64,000 nt of DNA from Octopus vulgaris (Eukaryota), in NCBI GenBank assembly GCA_951406725.2, contig OX597832.1, forward strand, positions 36,208,001-36,272,000, written 5' to 3'. The position numbers and the translations under genes are program-made. This document shows positions 27,471 through 41,805 of this stretch, piece by piece (within the stretch, counting starts at the first letter, position 1; each line of letters starts with the position of its first letter). The notes beneath the pieces are model-generated. The model was given only the letters and a program-made list of their open reading frames with translations, had not been told where the DNA came from and did not search any database.

Positions 27471-27879
27471 AACAAAGTATTGACAAAACTGCAGAAATTG
27501 TTAGAACAGAAACTTATTTTCTCTGCTCTTCCATCATGTTTCATCTAAAGCAATGTTGTATGGAATTATTAACTATATTACTGCAGAAATAGTATAAAAA
27601 TGATAATTCCTTAGATATTCAGATATATCATTAAATCATTCTCTCCCACACACACACACACACACACATTAATCATCCCAGTTCAATGTCCCAAGCTTTG
27701 CAATGGCAGAACCTCTTTGCAGCCAAATCTCCCTCAAATCACACCTTGCTATCTTTAAATGAATGTCATGGCAGTCCATGTTTTACCTCAGAATTCAATT
27801 AAATGCTGTCTCCTCTGCATTTTTATTTCTTCTTCCTCTATTTTCAGTTTAATTTGCATCTGTTAAAATAAATATTTCC

Positions 27880-28220
27880 CCAACATCATCATTACCACCA
27901 CTACCACCACCACCACCACCACCACCACTTTCATTACCATCATTATCTCATCATCATTACCACTGCCACAATCATTCTCATTACCACCATCATCATCACC
28001 ACACTGTCACCACCACCGCCATCACTGCCACCATCATCACCACCTCAACATCATCACCACCACCACCACTATCACTCATGACCATCATAATCATCTCCAC
28101 CCTTATCACCATTACTACTGCTATAACAACCCTCCCTACCACCATCAGTGACCCTCACTACTACCACTGTCATCACTTCACTACCCCCACCACAATCATC
28201 CTCATCATCATCACCACTAT
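27880..28220. repeat. Degenerate (CAT/CAC)n trinucleotide field
   Basis: Read directly. Similar fields at 12020-12190, 60865-61330 and 61740-62021. Confidence 0.9.
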
Positions 28221-30205
28221 ATGTTCTTCGTTTCTCTCCCCTACCCCATAAACTAGTCTAATTTTCATAAACTTCCTCCCTATGTTCCTAAAAGGCCATT
28301 CTTTACATCCTGGCCATATCTTCCTCCCTTACCAGTGATGTCTATCTAATATATACTGGAACAGTTCCAACCATCCATCCTTGGAGATTTTACTCTAGCT
28401 GTACGCTAATCCTTACTGAGATCATATCTATATATCAATACATATCATTCATCAGCATCACACCTAAGCACAATTTATCAGTTCCAGCCAAAATAATGGC
28501 AAGTTTTTTTTTTAATTTTTCGTCTTTTATTTTTAATTGTTGGAAATATTTAAATTATTGTCATTTTTCTTCTGTCAACTAATGGCAGCAGCCCTCCACT
28601 TCCTTCTCCACAGCAGCACAATTTTTAGAAGCACATTTTGAAAGAGACCTATACCAAGAATATTTCCATTTTAAGAAGTAAGAAAAACCACGAGAGTAGT
28701 GATTCTTAAAAAGTGTCCCCTTAGCTCCTATGTTTCATTCTCTACCTTCTTCTTCTCTGTATTGCGTACCTTATGATATTATACAGGAGAGGGGGGGAGA
28801 GTCATACAACACTACAGATCATAATATAAATATGCCATCATCACCTATCTCTTCTGCAGCTATCATCCAACGCCATCGTCTTTCCTGTACCTTGAGCTCC
28901 TGGGTTTGTAAACTTAGCAATGCAGCAGAATTGTTAGTATTTTTGTATCTTCCCATCTTTCTAATCCTGTTGGAGAAAGTAGGGTCTCAAGGTTTCATCA
29001 ACACAGCCTGAAAACTAGAACGAAATGGAGGCTGACACTGGGGGGACCAAGGTTTGACATCTGAACATATTACTGACCCCTAATTTTTTTGTTTCCCTAC
29101 TCAATGATGGTAATGTGATATTGCTTCTTTGCTTCACTCACATACATATGTACGTGCCTATACACACACACACTTGCATGTATACATACATATATACATA
29201 CTGTAGCTATAAAACATTCAAGTTTCTTGTTTCTGTTTCATTCTTATCCTAAATTAATTTTTTTTCTTGAAACCACGGCAACATCACTATGGCTACTATC
29301 ACCATCACAAGCATCCTCATCACCAATCTACTAACTTACTACATAGTCTGTTAAGTTCCTGCAAGAAGCTCAATTCCTTGTGTTGGCAGACTTTCACTCT
29401 CCTTATTAACAATATCATTTGCTAGATAATCGAAGTTGGCAACCATTTCTCTCGTTAATGTAGGAAGAAATGATTAGTACAAGCTTGTAGCAGACTTGGA
29501 TGGTATTTGGCAGTCAACCTCACAGTGTACTGGCTGATACACTTGTTATTAGGGCATCTGCTAGAGATAGGGTTAATGGCATCACTGTATGCATGTAGTA
29601 TATGTGTGTGTGTGTTTACACAATCACTCATACCTGGTATACATGTTGGTTTCATGAAGCTTTGGTAATTAATGCAGATATGGAAAATACATTGTGTATG
29701 TGGGTTATAGTAACTGGAAATGTTGATGCCTGACTCAGTTGGTGTTTTGAAAAATGCTTATTCTCAGAAATCTGCCACACCACTAATCAGATGTACTGTC
29801 CAAGTGCTTTAAGAAATCTACCTGAGTTATTAATCAAATGCTATTCTATTAAACTCCCCTGTGATACTTATTGAATTATGGTTTCTGAAAAATTTACCCC
29901 TTCAAGACCTGGGTCCACTATACGCACTCTGATCTGTGTAATGTGTTCATCAAAAATTGAAGACTTGATGGCACACAGACACATCTGATTCCATTGCTAC
30001 TGAAGCATTCCTATTCGTAGTTTACACTAAGATATATTTTTTAAATTTAATCTTTAGTTCAGTTCATTTGTCAAGTATTTCTTATCAATTGACCAATTTT
30101 TGTTTGATTCCTCATTCAAGCCAGTCCACTTCACCTTTACTTCTGGGATAGATCTCAACTCTATAACCTCATTTCCTTACCTGTTAGGTTTTTTTATAAC
30201 ATATA

Positions 30206-30469
30206 GGAGCAGGCATGGCTGTCTGGTAAGAGGCTTGCCTCCCAGCCACATGGTTCGGGGTTGAGCCCCACCATGTGGCATCTTGGACAAGTGCTTCTAC
30301 TACAGCCTCAGGCTGACCAAAGCCTTGTGACTGGATTTGGGAGACGGAAACTGAAAGAAGCCTATCATATATATATGTGTGTGTCTTTATGTCTGTCCCC
30401 CACCACGATTACTTGAGAACCAGTGCTGATATGTTTACATCCCTGTAACTTAGTGGTTCAGCAAAAAGG
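30206..30469 (+). mobile_element. SINE family A copy (3'-truncated)
   Basis: ggagcaggcatggctgtctggtaag head through ...tagtggttcagcaaaa. Confidence 0.85.
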
Positions 30470-30577
30470 TACTGAAGTAACAGTAAGTGGTTTCTAGCAG
30501 AGAAGAGTGAATAGGATAAAGAACTAGTGTTGGATATATGCAAAAGGATTTACAAATGGGAGAGAATGTAATAAGAG

Positions 30578-30625
<48 letters not shown>

Positions 30626-32014
30626 TGTCTATATGTATGATATGAAAAGGTAGATGGAAAGTGGGCAGTGTAAAGTGCTTGTGTGAACATTTACCTGTGC
30701 TGGGTGAAGGGAAAGAAAGCTGGTAAGTTATTGATAGCTCTGAATGATAAAGTTTGGAAGCAGGATGGCTGTGATGTTGTGTGAGACCACAAACAGTAAG
30801 GTGAAAATAGGTGTAGCTTGGAAATTGAAATTGCAGGTAACAGATTTTAGTGATGTGCTATTGTTTTGCTGATATTCAACCAAAGCCTTGCTCAAATGAC
30901 TGGCCAGCCACTGGCCAGTTTCCCCATAAATACAATTAGTCACAGAGTCAACGAGCCAACAATGCTGATTACTCATTTCCTAATGTGATGGCAAATAGCA
31001 TTGAAGGTTTGTTGGAGCCGACCCCATATCGGAGGAAGAAGCTGATTGTTCAGTGGAACTTATTGCTCATTATCAGTGAATCTCAGCTATGGTGGTAGCA
31101 GAAGTAGGGTGTACACACACACACATATATTTAGATCCATATTAATATAACTAATGAATTAGTAAGGTTTCTATAATGAAATATCAACAGGGAAGGCCAT
31201 CACTGCCAACACCAGCTGATCACCTGCAGAACACGAAACCTTATCAAAATTTCAGTTATTTATGTCTGTCTGGCTGACGACAAGCAATATAACTATTCTC
31301 TTCCTCCCTCCCTCTCTCTCTCCCCCCCTCTCCTTTGACCATTGTGGTTCTATCAATTAGTTGGTGACTTATTTAAGAGAATAATTACCACCACCACCAC
31401 CACCATCATGTGATCAATTCAACAAAGTGTTGCATCAATTAACATTCTCATAGTATCGTGGTCTTATGTCTGAAGGTGTGGTATTCCAGGTGTGATATTC
31501 CAGGTGTGCTTTCACTGCATTCTTCAGCTTTTATGTTTAACTCTTTCTCTTTGGTTTTCATAACTGACACCTCTCACAGTATTTTTTATCACAATCGTTT
31601 TAAAAGGGGCTGAAGTTGAACTGAAAGCTCTGTCACTGAGGATGTTTTCCATTGCATCTTGGTGGTCACTGGAGGAACCGTAATCCTTGAAGTTAAAGAT
31701 CTGAATTAATTATATATTGGTGGAGTGATTAAACATGTGGCTCTTTTAATGTATTATATTTCGATTGCAATCTCTTCTCAGTTATGTAACTCTGTGATAC
31801 GACTATGACCTGGTCATAGCTATTATGATATACGGACACTAATGTCATATAGCTGTGATATGTGGTTATCATATTAATACTGTACTTCCATCATATGACT
31901 GGGCTCTCTATTAGTGATATACAACAGAATATCAATGATTAGTGTAGCTGTACATTGGCAGCAGCTTTATCTTGTATCCAAGAGTTTAGTTTTTTTCTCT
32001 GCTGAACACTTCTT

Positions 32015-32170
32015 TTATGATGATGTCATTGATGACTCAGCAGACCAATTTTTGCAGAGAAGAATCAATGGCATTGGCTGCATACTAATGCTAGTAGAAG
32101 ATGAGGTTGATTTTGTTGAGCTTTTCTCTCCTGTCGTCTGATTTCTTCCTTTTCTTTTCTGATACAAGGG
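32015..32170 (-). mobile_element. Short RTE C-terminal remnant
   Basis: Minus-strand CSQCH*FFSAKIGLLSHQ*HH, the C2H2-like RTE terminus. Confidence 0.6.
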
Positions 32171-32259
32171 AGACTTAAACTTATATCTGAATTTAGTTCC
32201 TTATGTACATCAAATGGCCAAAAGGAACCCTAATCCTAAAATCATTAATATATATATAT

Positions 32260-32617
32260 CTTTTTGATTTGTTTCAGTTATTTGAAGGGTTTTAGCCAAA
32301 TGAATTGACATCAATTCTTTTGCTTTCGTTAAATCCTGGTACATATTCTATCAGTCTCTTTTGCTAAACTGTTAAGTTACAGGGATGTAGACAAACCAAT
32401 ACCACTTGTCAAGTGGTGGTGGATAAGCACACACACACACACACACACAAACATACAATGGGTTTCTTTCAGTTTCTGGCTACCAATTCCACTTGCAAGG
32501 TTTTGGTTAGCCTGCGGCGATAGTAGAAGACACTTCCCAAGATACCCCATTGAGGGACTGAATCCAGAACTCTGTGGTTGGGAAGCAAACTTCCTACCAC
32601 ACAGCCATGCCTGCACC
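32260..32617 (-). mobile_element. SINE family A copy
   Basis: Colinear similarity to 3196-3608. Confidence 0.85.
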
Positions 32618-34612
32618 TATACATACATATACCCCCCACACACACACACACACATATCTAAATTACCCATTAAGCTATCATTTTATGGCATATAACGAGG
32701 CTTCTGTTGCTATATTGGTTATCAACCATTTGTTGAGGACATTAAGTGTAAGTTATATTATGATAATAGATGTAAAGATTAGATGTGATTTGCTTAACAC
32801 GTTCACACCCTTGTTCAGAATGAGATCTATAGTCCTGTCCCCAAATCAGGTTAATATCAGTACATGTATATGTGTGTACATGTATGTACACACATATACA
32901 TGCATATATATATGAATAGAATACATGAGATCAAATTCTAGCTGAGTGTTGGGAAAATAAGAGAATAAACTTCACTTTGTATTTATCCTTCTTTATTGTA
33001 TCATCCATTTTACCATTCTTTACTCAGAATCAAATATATACTATTTTATTACATTTTTTTATTACGAGGAATGCTTTAGCAAATAGTTTATGTTGGAAAT
33101 CTTCCCTAGAGTACATTTAATAAAGAGGGTAGGAGTATGGAGGCTGTCAGGAAGAGAACGAAAGAGAGTGGGAAAGGAGCTGGGGAGAACTCCAAGACAC
33201 ACAGTATTACGGCCTATTAGAAGTGTATCTTAAACAGACACAGTGAAGCAGAATATTTGTAACCAGGTCATTGATGCACAACGAAAGATTTTGATGCATA
33301 ATAATGGTATTAGCAGAATCATTAGAGCATTAGACAAAGTGTCTTTCAGTGTTTCAGTTCTTTACATTCTAAGTTCAAGTCCTACCAAGGTCAACTTTAC
33401 CTTTCATCCTTTTGGTGTTAATGAAATCAGTACCAATTGAGCACTGAGGCTGATGTAATCAACTAACCCCTTCCCCAGATATTTCAGGGTCAATAGAATA
33501 AGCTCAAATCAAGCTCTGGGCGCAATGATATTGATTTACCCCTTCCCCATTGAATTGCTATCCTTGTGTCAGATTTTCAAACCATTAAGTTTCCCTTGGA
33601 AAAGAAAATGTGTGTGGAGAGGGAAGTGTGACTTTCCAGTGAATTTATGAAAAGATGGGTGACTGTGGCTAAAACGTAGTGAATGCTCCAACTCTAAGTG
33701 TGCACCTGTAGGCTGGAGAGCAGGACAGAGGGTTCATACTTTTGGTTGTCAGGGTAATCCTGGATCTGGGGTTCCTTGATTGGTCCCAGTTGGAGTTTCT
33801 CCTGTATCAGGAGGACTGCATCATTCATAGCAGTATAGCCTGAAACCAGGGCTGGTGTTCTGGTCCCATCACTGGGAGATGGTAGGGGTTTGCACCCCTG
33901 CTCGCAATTTTATTGGATGCAGTTGTGCATTATTAACCATCTAGAGGAGATGTCCTCTTGGGGTTAAAAAATCGCAGTAGAGTCAGCTCGAATGGACAGC
34001 CATGTTAAAGTGGCTACGAATATATTACTTCTCAGTTGAAAAAAATAGTATTATACTTGTAATAGTTTAGATATTGTTTGTATATGATTCACAATAATAG
34101 AAATAAATTAAGGCGAAAGAGGATTACAATGGTCTCTTAATTACTTGGTTTAATTGTTATGTTGGTGATCTTACTTGGTCTAAGAACTGCTAATATTTTG
34201 GGAGGTCAACCATTCTTCACCTGTTTACACCTGGTTAAATCTAGCGATATCTTAATCTCTCACATATCATCATCATCATCACCACTATTTAACATTTGTT
34301 TCTTTTGTTGGCATGGGTTTGACAGGTTTTAGTGACCCACATTGCTGTGTTGTGTTCCAGTGTTGGCTTTGGCATGGCTTCTATGGCTGAATGTCCTTCC
34401 TAATGTGTACTGAGTGCTTTTTTCATGCCACTAGCACTAGTGAGGTCTCCAACTAGTAAGACAGAAAATGAACAGGGGAAAATGTTCCAGTGACTAAGTG
34501 TGAGATGCAACTTCCGCTTTTATTTCTGTTTAGCTATAATTAACAAGACTTTCTTTATATTTAGTACCACTCTGTTATTTTAGAAAATCTATATTTTCTC
34601 TGATTACCAAAA

Positions 34613-34666
<54 letters not shown>

Positions 34667-36065
34667 CTTCTTTGAAATCACTTGCACTGTAAAACTTTTA
34701 CTTAATCAGAGCCATCACACTTATATTTATCTTTGTTCACACCCATATTTTATCTTGATTCTTGGAAAACACTCTTTCCACCCAAAGTAAATTCTTTATC
34801 AAATTCCATACAGATAGAAGAAACCAAATGTTGTCAAAATTAACTCTGCCTTTAAAAAAGAAGGAACTAGCAACTTATGCTAGTACTTTTGAGATTCACA
34901 AACCAAATTACCAATCTCAGCCAAATGTAACTCGTTTAAAAAAACGGTACTAGCTACTTGTTTGTACCTTGGACTTTAACAAACCAAATTACCATTGTGT
35001 AACATGGTGTTAGTCCTTGGATAACAACTGTCATTTTCTGTTTGCTTACCTGTAGAAAGTATGAAAAATGGCTATTTCCTTAAAACTTTGCTCTTATTAC
35101 TTTTATTCAAATCACAAAGAATCTCTCTCAACACATGGCTGTAATGCTCCCTAACTATTCCTGCTCGTGATTAGGGATGCACATATTGTCAGCCACTAAG
35201 GGACATGCTTAACTGATTAAAGCCAAGCAACTGACAAACAAATCTGTGGTATTGAGCAGAATATTTGTTATAACAATATTTCTGCTTCAGTAACTCGTTG
35301 CTGAATCTGTCTGAAATGTAATGGAAAATAGGTCAGTTTCAAAACATCGATGTCCAGGTCACAAAAGAAAAGTTTAAAGGGAATAGTAGCCATTTCCTTT
35401 GATTTATAGATAGAGGCAAATAGGAAATAACACTTATTGACCAAAGACAAAAAAAAAGAATTAGTTTTATCGAAAAGAATTACAGTATCATCAATTCTCT
35501 GTTCAGATTACGTGAAATCTTTGCATATTTATTTATATATTCCTTCTCTCCATTGATCAAGCAACCATGTGGATGAATATATCTTTCACTGCAGATGTTC
35601 TTATAATGGTTTACTAGAAAGTTCCTCAAGAAAAATAATCCATAAATGGTTCCCCTTACTTTTCTCTTGTATTTTGGAAACTAAACGAATTCTTTGTTGT
35701 TTTGGTGTAGTCATTTAGTATTTTTCTCTCCATACTCAGTATCAAAACTTGCTGCATCCTTTCTACATCATGAAACTTTGAAGTAAAGATTTTAAAAATA
35801 TGCGGGGGGTGGGGGGTGTAAAAGGTACTTGAAAATCTTATTTGAAAGATGATAGAAAGACCCAAAAATTTAGTGTTTGAGATATTAGTCCTGATAAATC
35901 ACTAATGTGGCAATATCTGCCTCTAAGGAGACACATGAACTACGCACAAGAATTCTTCGCTAATTCATCTGGTAATATGCTCAAGAATCCAAAGATGGCA
36001 ATCAGCAACAGCAGCAGCAGCAGTAGTAGTAGCAGAGGAGGAGGAGGAGAAGAAGAAGAAGGAGG

Positions 36066-39000
36066 AGGAGGAAGAGGAGAAGGTGACGACAATGACTTTA
36101 AATTGATATAGATTTTTGTCCACTTTGTTTCATGCAGCTCTGTGAAATATAATTTAAACTGTTGACAGTTGTTAACGAAGATATAATAGACTTAATGGAA
36201 ATAGAAATTATCTTAATATGTTCATTAATTATGGACAATCTAATTATGGACGATAGTATTGCCTTGTATAATATCTCCCCCACCCTGTGGTCAGTTTAGT
36301 GATGTCTAAGTATTGAACCATGGAATATCTAATGGGATTTCGTTGTGTCAGCATTAATGGAATATCACATGCAGTAATGGACATTGATATGTCCGTTTGT
36401 CACATTGTGGACAGTGTGATATCCTGAAGATAAATATCTTACCAATGACTCAGTATTGCAGAGGCTCCGTTGCAAAGTCTACACTATACTGACCATTGTA
36501 TATGGCATGTCATACTGACCATGACATATGATGTGTCTCACTTATGCCTGTGTGTGGCTCTTGTTTGTGACATGTCTCACTACCCATTATTTATGATACG
36601 TCTCACCAAAAGAAAAGAGTCAAAGATTCTAAGAGAAACTCAGTATTCCAGTTGATGTTTACAAAGACCAACTTCCTGCAAATTAAAACTTAAAAGGTTT
36701 ACACTTGATATGAAGGTTATGAGTTCAATACTTCCCTATTTTCTGTTATTATTTCAGAAATAAATCTACATTCTTTTTGATGAACACACTTGTGATTACT
36801 GACCACATGTAGCTTGTAACATATAACTGGTAATGTGTAGTTTACATGTTGCTTATAATGTGTGTAAATTACAATTTACTACATTTCCCATGGATGTGAT
36901 GTGGCAGAACTGTTCGCAAACCAAGCAAAATGTTTGTTTGGGATTTCTTCTGATTTAATGTTTTGAGTGCAAATCCTGCCAAGGTTGACTTTGCCTTTCA
37001 TCCTTTCGAATTTGATAAAATAAGTACCACTTGAGCACCAGGGTTAATGTAATCAAATAACCCCTATCCCACAAAATTTCTGGTTTTTGAGCCTATAGTA
37101 GAAAGGGATATTTCTATATATCTGACCAAAATGCTAAAGGGTTCAACCAGGTGATGGATTAAACTTCCCCTCTCCCCATGTAAACATAACTACAAGGCAG
37201 AAGGAAGGAAAGAAAAAGGGAAAAATAACACTGATGTCATACGGTCTGTCTAATATGCACACACACACACATGTGCGCACACACACACACTCACTTTTGA
37301 AGTATACCATGGTTTAATTAATTCATGAAGCTTGCCAAGTATTTAGATTAATGTTAATCACTTGATAGTGGAGTGTCTTTAAGATCCTTCACAAGTCAAC
37401 GGTGTACTTAACATCATACATAGTCCTTCTTTCACGCCTTCCAGCAAATTTATTTAATGGAGAGGAAGAAGACAAGATAGCTTTCTATCAAGGTAATTCT
37501 GTTCCTGATTTCTGTGATTGGTCTGAGGCCATGCTGCGTCACCACTTTCAAATCAATTAAAAGAAGGTGCATACTTGATTGAATTGATCATCAGTATATG
37601 TCTGGTGGTTTATTTACCCTGAAGTGATAAACCAATTCAGACCAAATATGATTTGAACTCAAACTACTTTACCAGTTCTACTCCCCAGCCACCCCAACAG
37701 AAGCTGTAATAATATTGAGTTTATAACATGGACAGAAATTTGGTATGAGATAGATATAGTTGATTAGATCCACCCCTCGCCATCTTGTCTCTAATCCACT
37801 GTTTTACCAGTTCACTACCTGATTTATGGGAACTACTTAAGCTGTAAATTAACAAAACTCATTGAAATATCTGTCTGATATGTAGGTATTGGTCATGCTG
37901 TTATTGTGCCAGTTCAATAACGGTTCAATTTCAACTAGTTAGTCCTCTCAACCTAACCCACACCCACCTTTTTCTTAAAACAATATCATCTAATTAAAGA
38001 ACAAAGGCACAATTATTGAATTGGGAATTTCAAAATTTATTTTCAGAGAGAGAGAGAGAGAGGCATGGTTGTTGAGTGTGTCAGTGTTATAGGTTCACAC
38101 TTCAGTGGAACTTCTAACTTTTAGTACTCCAAGAGCAGTGATTGGTAGAATTGTTAAAGTATCAGTAAAAATATTTTGTGGTATTTGTTCCAGTTCTTTG
38201 TTTCAGTTCAAATCTGAGCTTTGCTTTACCTTTGATCTGTTCAGAGTCGATAAAATAAAGCATTAGCGAAGTTAAATTAATATATCTGCACACCATCAGT
38301 GTTAAATCAGCACAGTTAATGAGGAATCAAATACTATTTTTTCATAGGTTTCAATTACGAGGGGAGAAGAAATGGGAATCTGTGATGTTCATGCCAAAAG
38401 CATTTGTTACGTTGTATCGGGCCTGAATTAGCAAGACGATGAAGTGGATCTACTTATTTAAAAACCAGGGAGGTGGGGTAGTTGGCCACAAGTATCACAA
38501 CTAACAGTTTATTGATTAAATTGATTATTCATCACTTGTGTTAATTGCCTAGTTTATATTTTGCTGATTACACTTGCCAATTACAGGCTCTTTGATTTCT
38601 TAGGGAGCATCATAACAAATTATACTCTAACAAAACATTTCAGGCCACACCTTGCTTACAGTTGATTGTTAACTAATTGTGTGCAGTTCTATAATTAGTG
38701 ACTTTTTTCTTTTTCAGGGGCAGGTTTATTTCAAATTCCTCCTTATTAGCATTTAACAAACATTAAGGGTAATCTCTTGAGCTGAGCTGCAACTCTTTTA
38801 CTCCTCCTTATTTTCTGCATTAATCTATCAGCTCTGTGAATGACATCAGTATACTACAACAGCTCCTATTTGTATATTTCTGGTGGCTAAGTACTTTTAA
38901 TTAGGAATAATTAAGCATGTGGTATTATTTTATTTTCTCAAATACCCTGCAAAGGCCATGGGGCCGGCACCTTCTTTGCAGGTGTGGTTTTTGGTAAAAA

Positions 39001-39269
39001 GTTTGATTCCCAACTACATGGTTCTGTGTTCAATCCTACTCTGTGCAAGTGTCTTCAATGAAGCCCTTCATGGCAATGCCCCAGCATGGCCACAGTCCAA
39101 TGACTGAATCAGTTACAAAAAAAAGAAGGAGGAAGAGGAGGAGGTGACGACAATGACTTTAAATTGATATAGATTTTTGTCCACTTTGTTTCATGCAGCT
39201 CTGTGAAATATAATTTAATCTGTTGACAGTTGTTAACGAAGATATAATAGACTTAATGGAAATAGAAAT

Positions 39270-39275
<6 letters not shown>
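36066..39275 (+). repeat. 149 bp direct duplication (36066-36214 and 39127-39275)
   Basis: Two mismatches, offset 3061 bp. Confidence 0.95.
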
Positions 39276-39361
<86 letters not shown>

Positions 39362-40871
39362 GTGTGTGTATAAATAAATACATACATACATATATATATA
39401 TATGTATATTTTATTGGTGGATATATATATATATATATATATGTACACTTTATTTATGGATTAACAAGGCAACCGACACATATATGTATGCATGTATGTG
39501 TATATATATATATATATAAGTATATATCTGTGCGTGGCACATAAAAAGCACCATTTGAGCGTGATCGTTGCCTTATCAGCACATGTGCCGGTGGCATGTG
39601 AAAAACAACATTTAAGCGTAGTCGTTACCAGTGCCGCCGGACTGGCTCCCATGTTGGTGGTATGTAAAAAACACCTTTTGAGTGTGGTCGTTGCTTGAAC
39701 CACCTGACTGGCCCTCATGCTGGTGGTATGTAAAAGCACCCACTACACTCTCGGAGTGGTTGGCGTTAGGAAGAGCATCCAGCTGTAGAAACTTTGCCAG
39801 ATCAGATTGGCAACTGGTGCAACCTCCTGGCTTGTCAGTCCTCAGTCAAACAGTCCAACCCATGCCAGCATGGAAAGCAGACATTAAACGACAATGATGA
39901 TTTATATATGTGTATGTATGTAAATATATGTATATATAAGTATAAATATGTGTGTGTGTATATATATATATAACATTGTAAAGTGAAAAAGTAAATTGCT
40001 AACATATGAAATATGTGACCTGGTTGTGCTTCCTGACAATAACAAAATAGCTGTGAGCTATCTGCACCCACCTCTCAGTATCTCTGTATCTTCTTTAACG
40101 AGCCTCTATAATTAGGAGGAAGTGGCAGTTAACTAATCAATATATTACAGCTATATATTACCTCCTCTCACTGCCACTATTAAGGGTTTCATGCTAATTA
40201 GATTATATTGTATACTAACATAACAACTGTTTATTAACCAATTAAGCAGGTGGCTTAATTAGTAATTGACAGTGAAGGGGCGAGGCAGGGTGTGTTGCTG
40301 TTAGATACATCACCTATTGAACTTAACATTTTCTTGAAATTACCTCTGAATGCTTATATGCTGAAAGACACAGCGATGGTGGTGGTGGTGGTGGCGTTGG
40401 CAACGGAAGCATTGATGATAATGTTTTGCTGCAAACTAACATTTCCAGAGGAAACTGAGCTGGATCTTTGATTGTGGAGGAGGAGGAAGAGGAGGACTGA
40501 TAGTGTGTGTTTAGGAAGGGAGGGAGTGTGGCAATAATGTGACTCCATATACTGTGAGATAGAGGTGTGTGTGTGTGTGTACATAAGCAGATTGGGAGAA
40601 GGTACAGTAGGATTTATCCATCACCTATTTGGTTTGGGGTTATCTTTTTGTGGAGTCTACTCCTCTACAAATGGTGAGGCCAAGTCTGACTTATTCTTGT
40701 ATTAGTCGTTGGTTCTGCGGCCAATCAAATCAGACTCAGTACTTTTTATTTTAAAGTTTGGTACTCATTCTGTAAGTTTCTTTTTGCCAGACTTCTAAGT
40801 TATGGGGTTGAAAACAAACCATTATCAGTTGTCAAGCAATGGAGTGAGGCAAACACACACACACACACTCA

Positions 40872-40913
<42 letters not shown>

Positions 40914-41058
40914 CATATGTTAATGTTTGTTTTTATGTTCAATTATAATTAAAAAGAATTTTACGTTAATCTGTTGGGTTACTCTAAACTTTTGTAGAGA
41001 AGAGATTTATTATTAAACAAGAATATTGCTGACAGTGACTTCAAAGTTTCAGCCAATA

Positions 41059-41097
<39 letters not shown>

Positions 41098-41549
41098 TAT
41101 AATGGAATAAATAATTATGAAGCATTGTGTAGAATATATTGTATAAAGGATCGTATGTAAGGCCAGAACAATGCAAACTAAATCACAAGAAAACAAATAT
41201 GTGAATTCATGTAGACTTACCTTGTATTCGATATTTTGGGGTTATGACCCCATTTTCAAGAAATTAACGAATGCTGCCGATGTGTGTGTGTGGAGTGGAC
41301 TTCTGTTGTTGATCTTTGGTTTCTTTTTGCTGTATGAGGATGGCCTCAGAGATTCTAAGGTTGCCCCTGTTCTGCTGGGTTGCCTTGATGAGCACTGAAT
41401 TCATGGGTCTGGCATTTCCACAGATGTTTCTGCACGGAAGTGTCTGCCTGCATGTGTAAGTCTACATATGTTGGTTTTCTTGTGATTAACCTTGCATTTA
41501 CTTCACATTGTTCTGGCCTTACCCACAATCCTTTATACAATATATATAT

Positions 41550-41805
41550 TTGGTAGATGGAATCTGAAAGAAGCCTTTCATATGTATACATACATGTGTG
41601 TGTGTCTGTGTTTATCTCCCACCACCACTTTACAACCAGTGTTTGTGTGTTTATGTCCCTGTAACTTAGTGGTTTGGCAAAAGAGACTGATAGAATAAGT
41701 ACCAGGCTTAAAAGGAAAATAAATACTTGAGTCAATTAGTTGAACTAAAATTCTTCAAGTCAGTGCCCCAGCATGGCTGCAGTTTTATGACTGAAACAAA
41801 CAAAA
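41550..41805 (+). mobile_element. SINE family A copy (5'-truncated)
   Basis: tttggtagatggaatctgaaagaagcc through ccagcatggctgcag..tgactgaaac. Confidence 0.85.
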
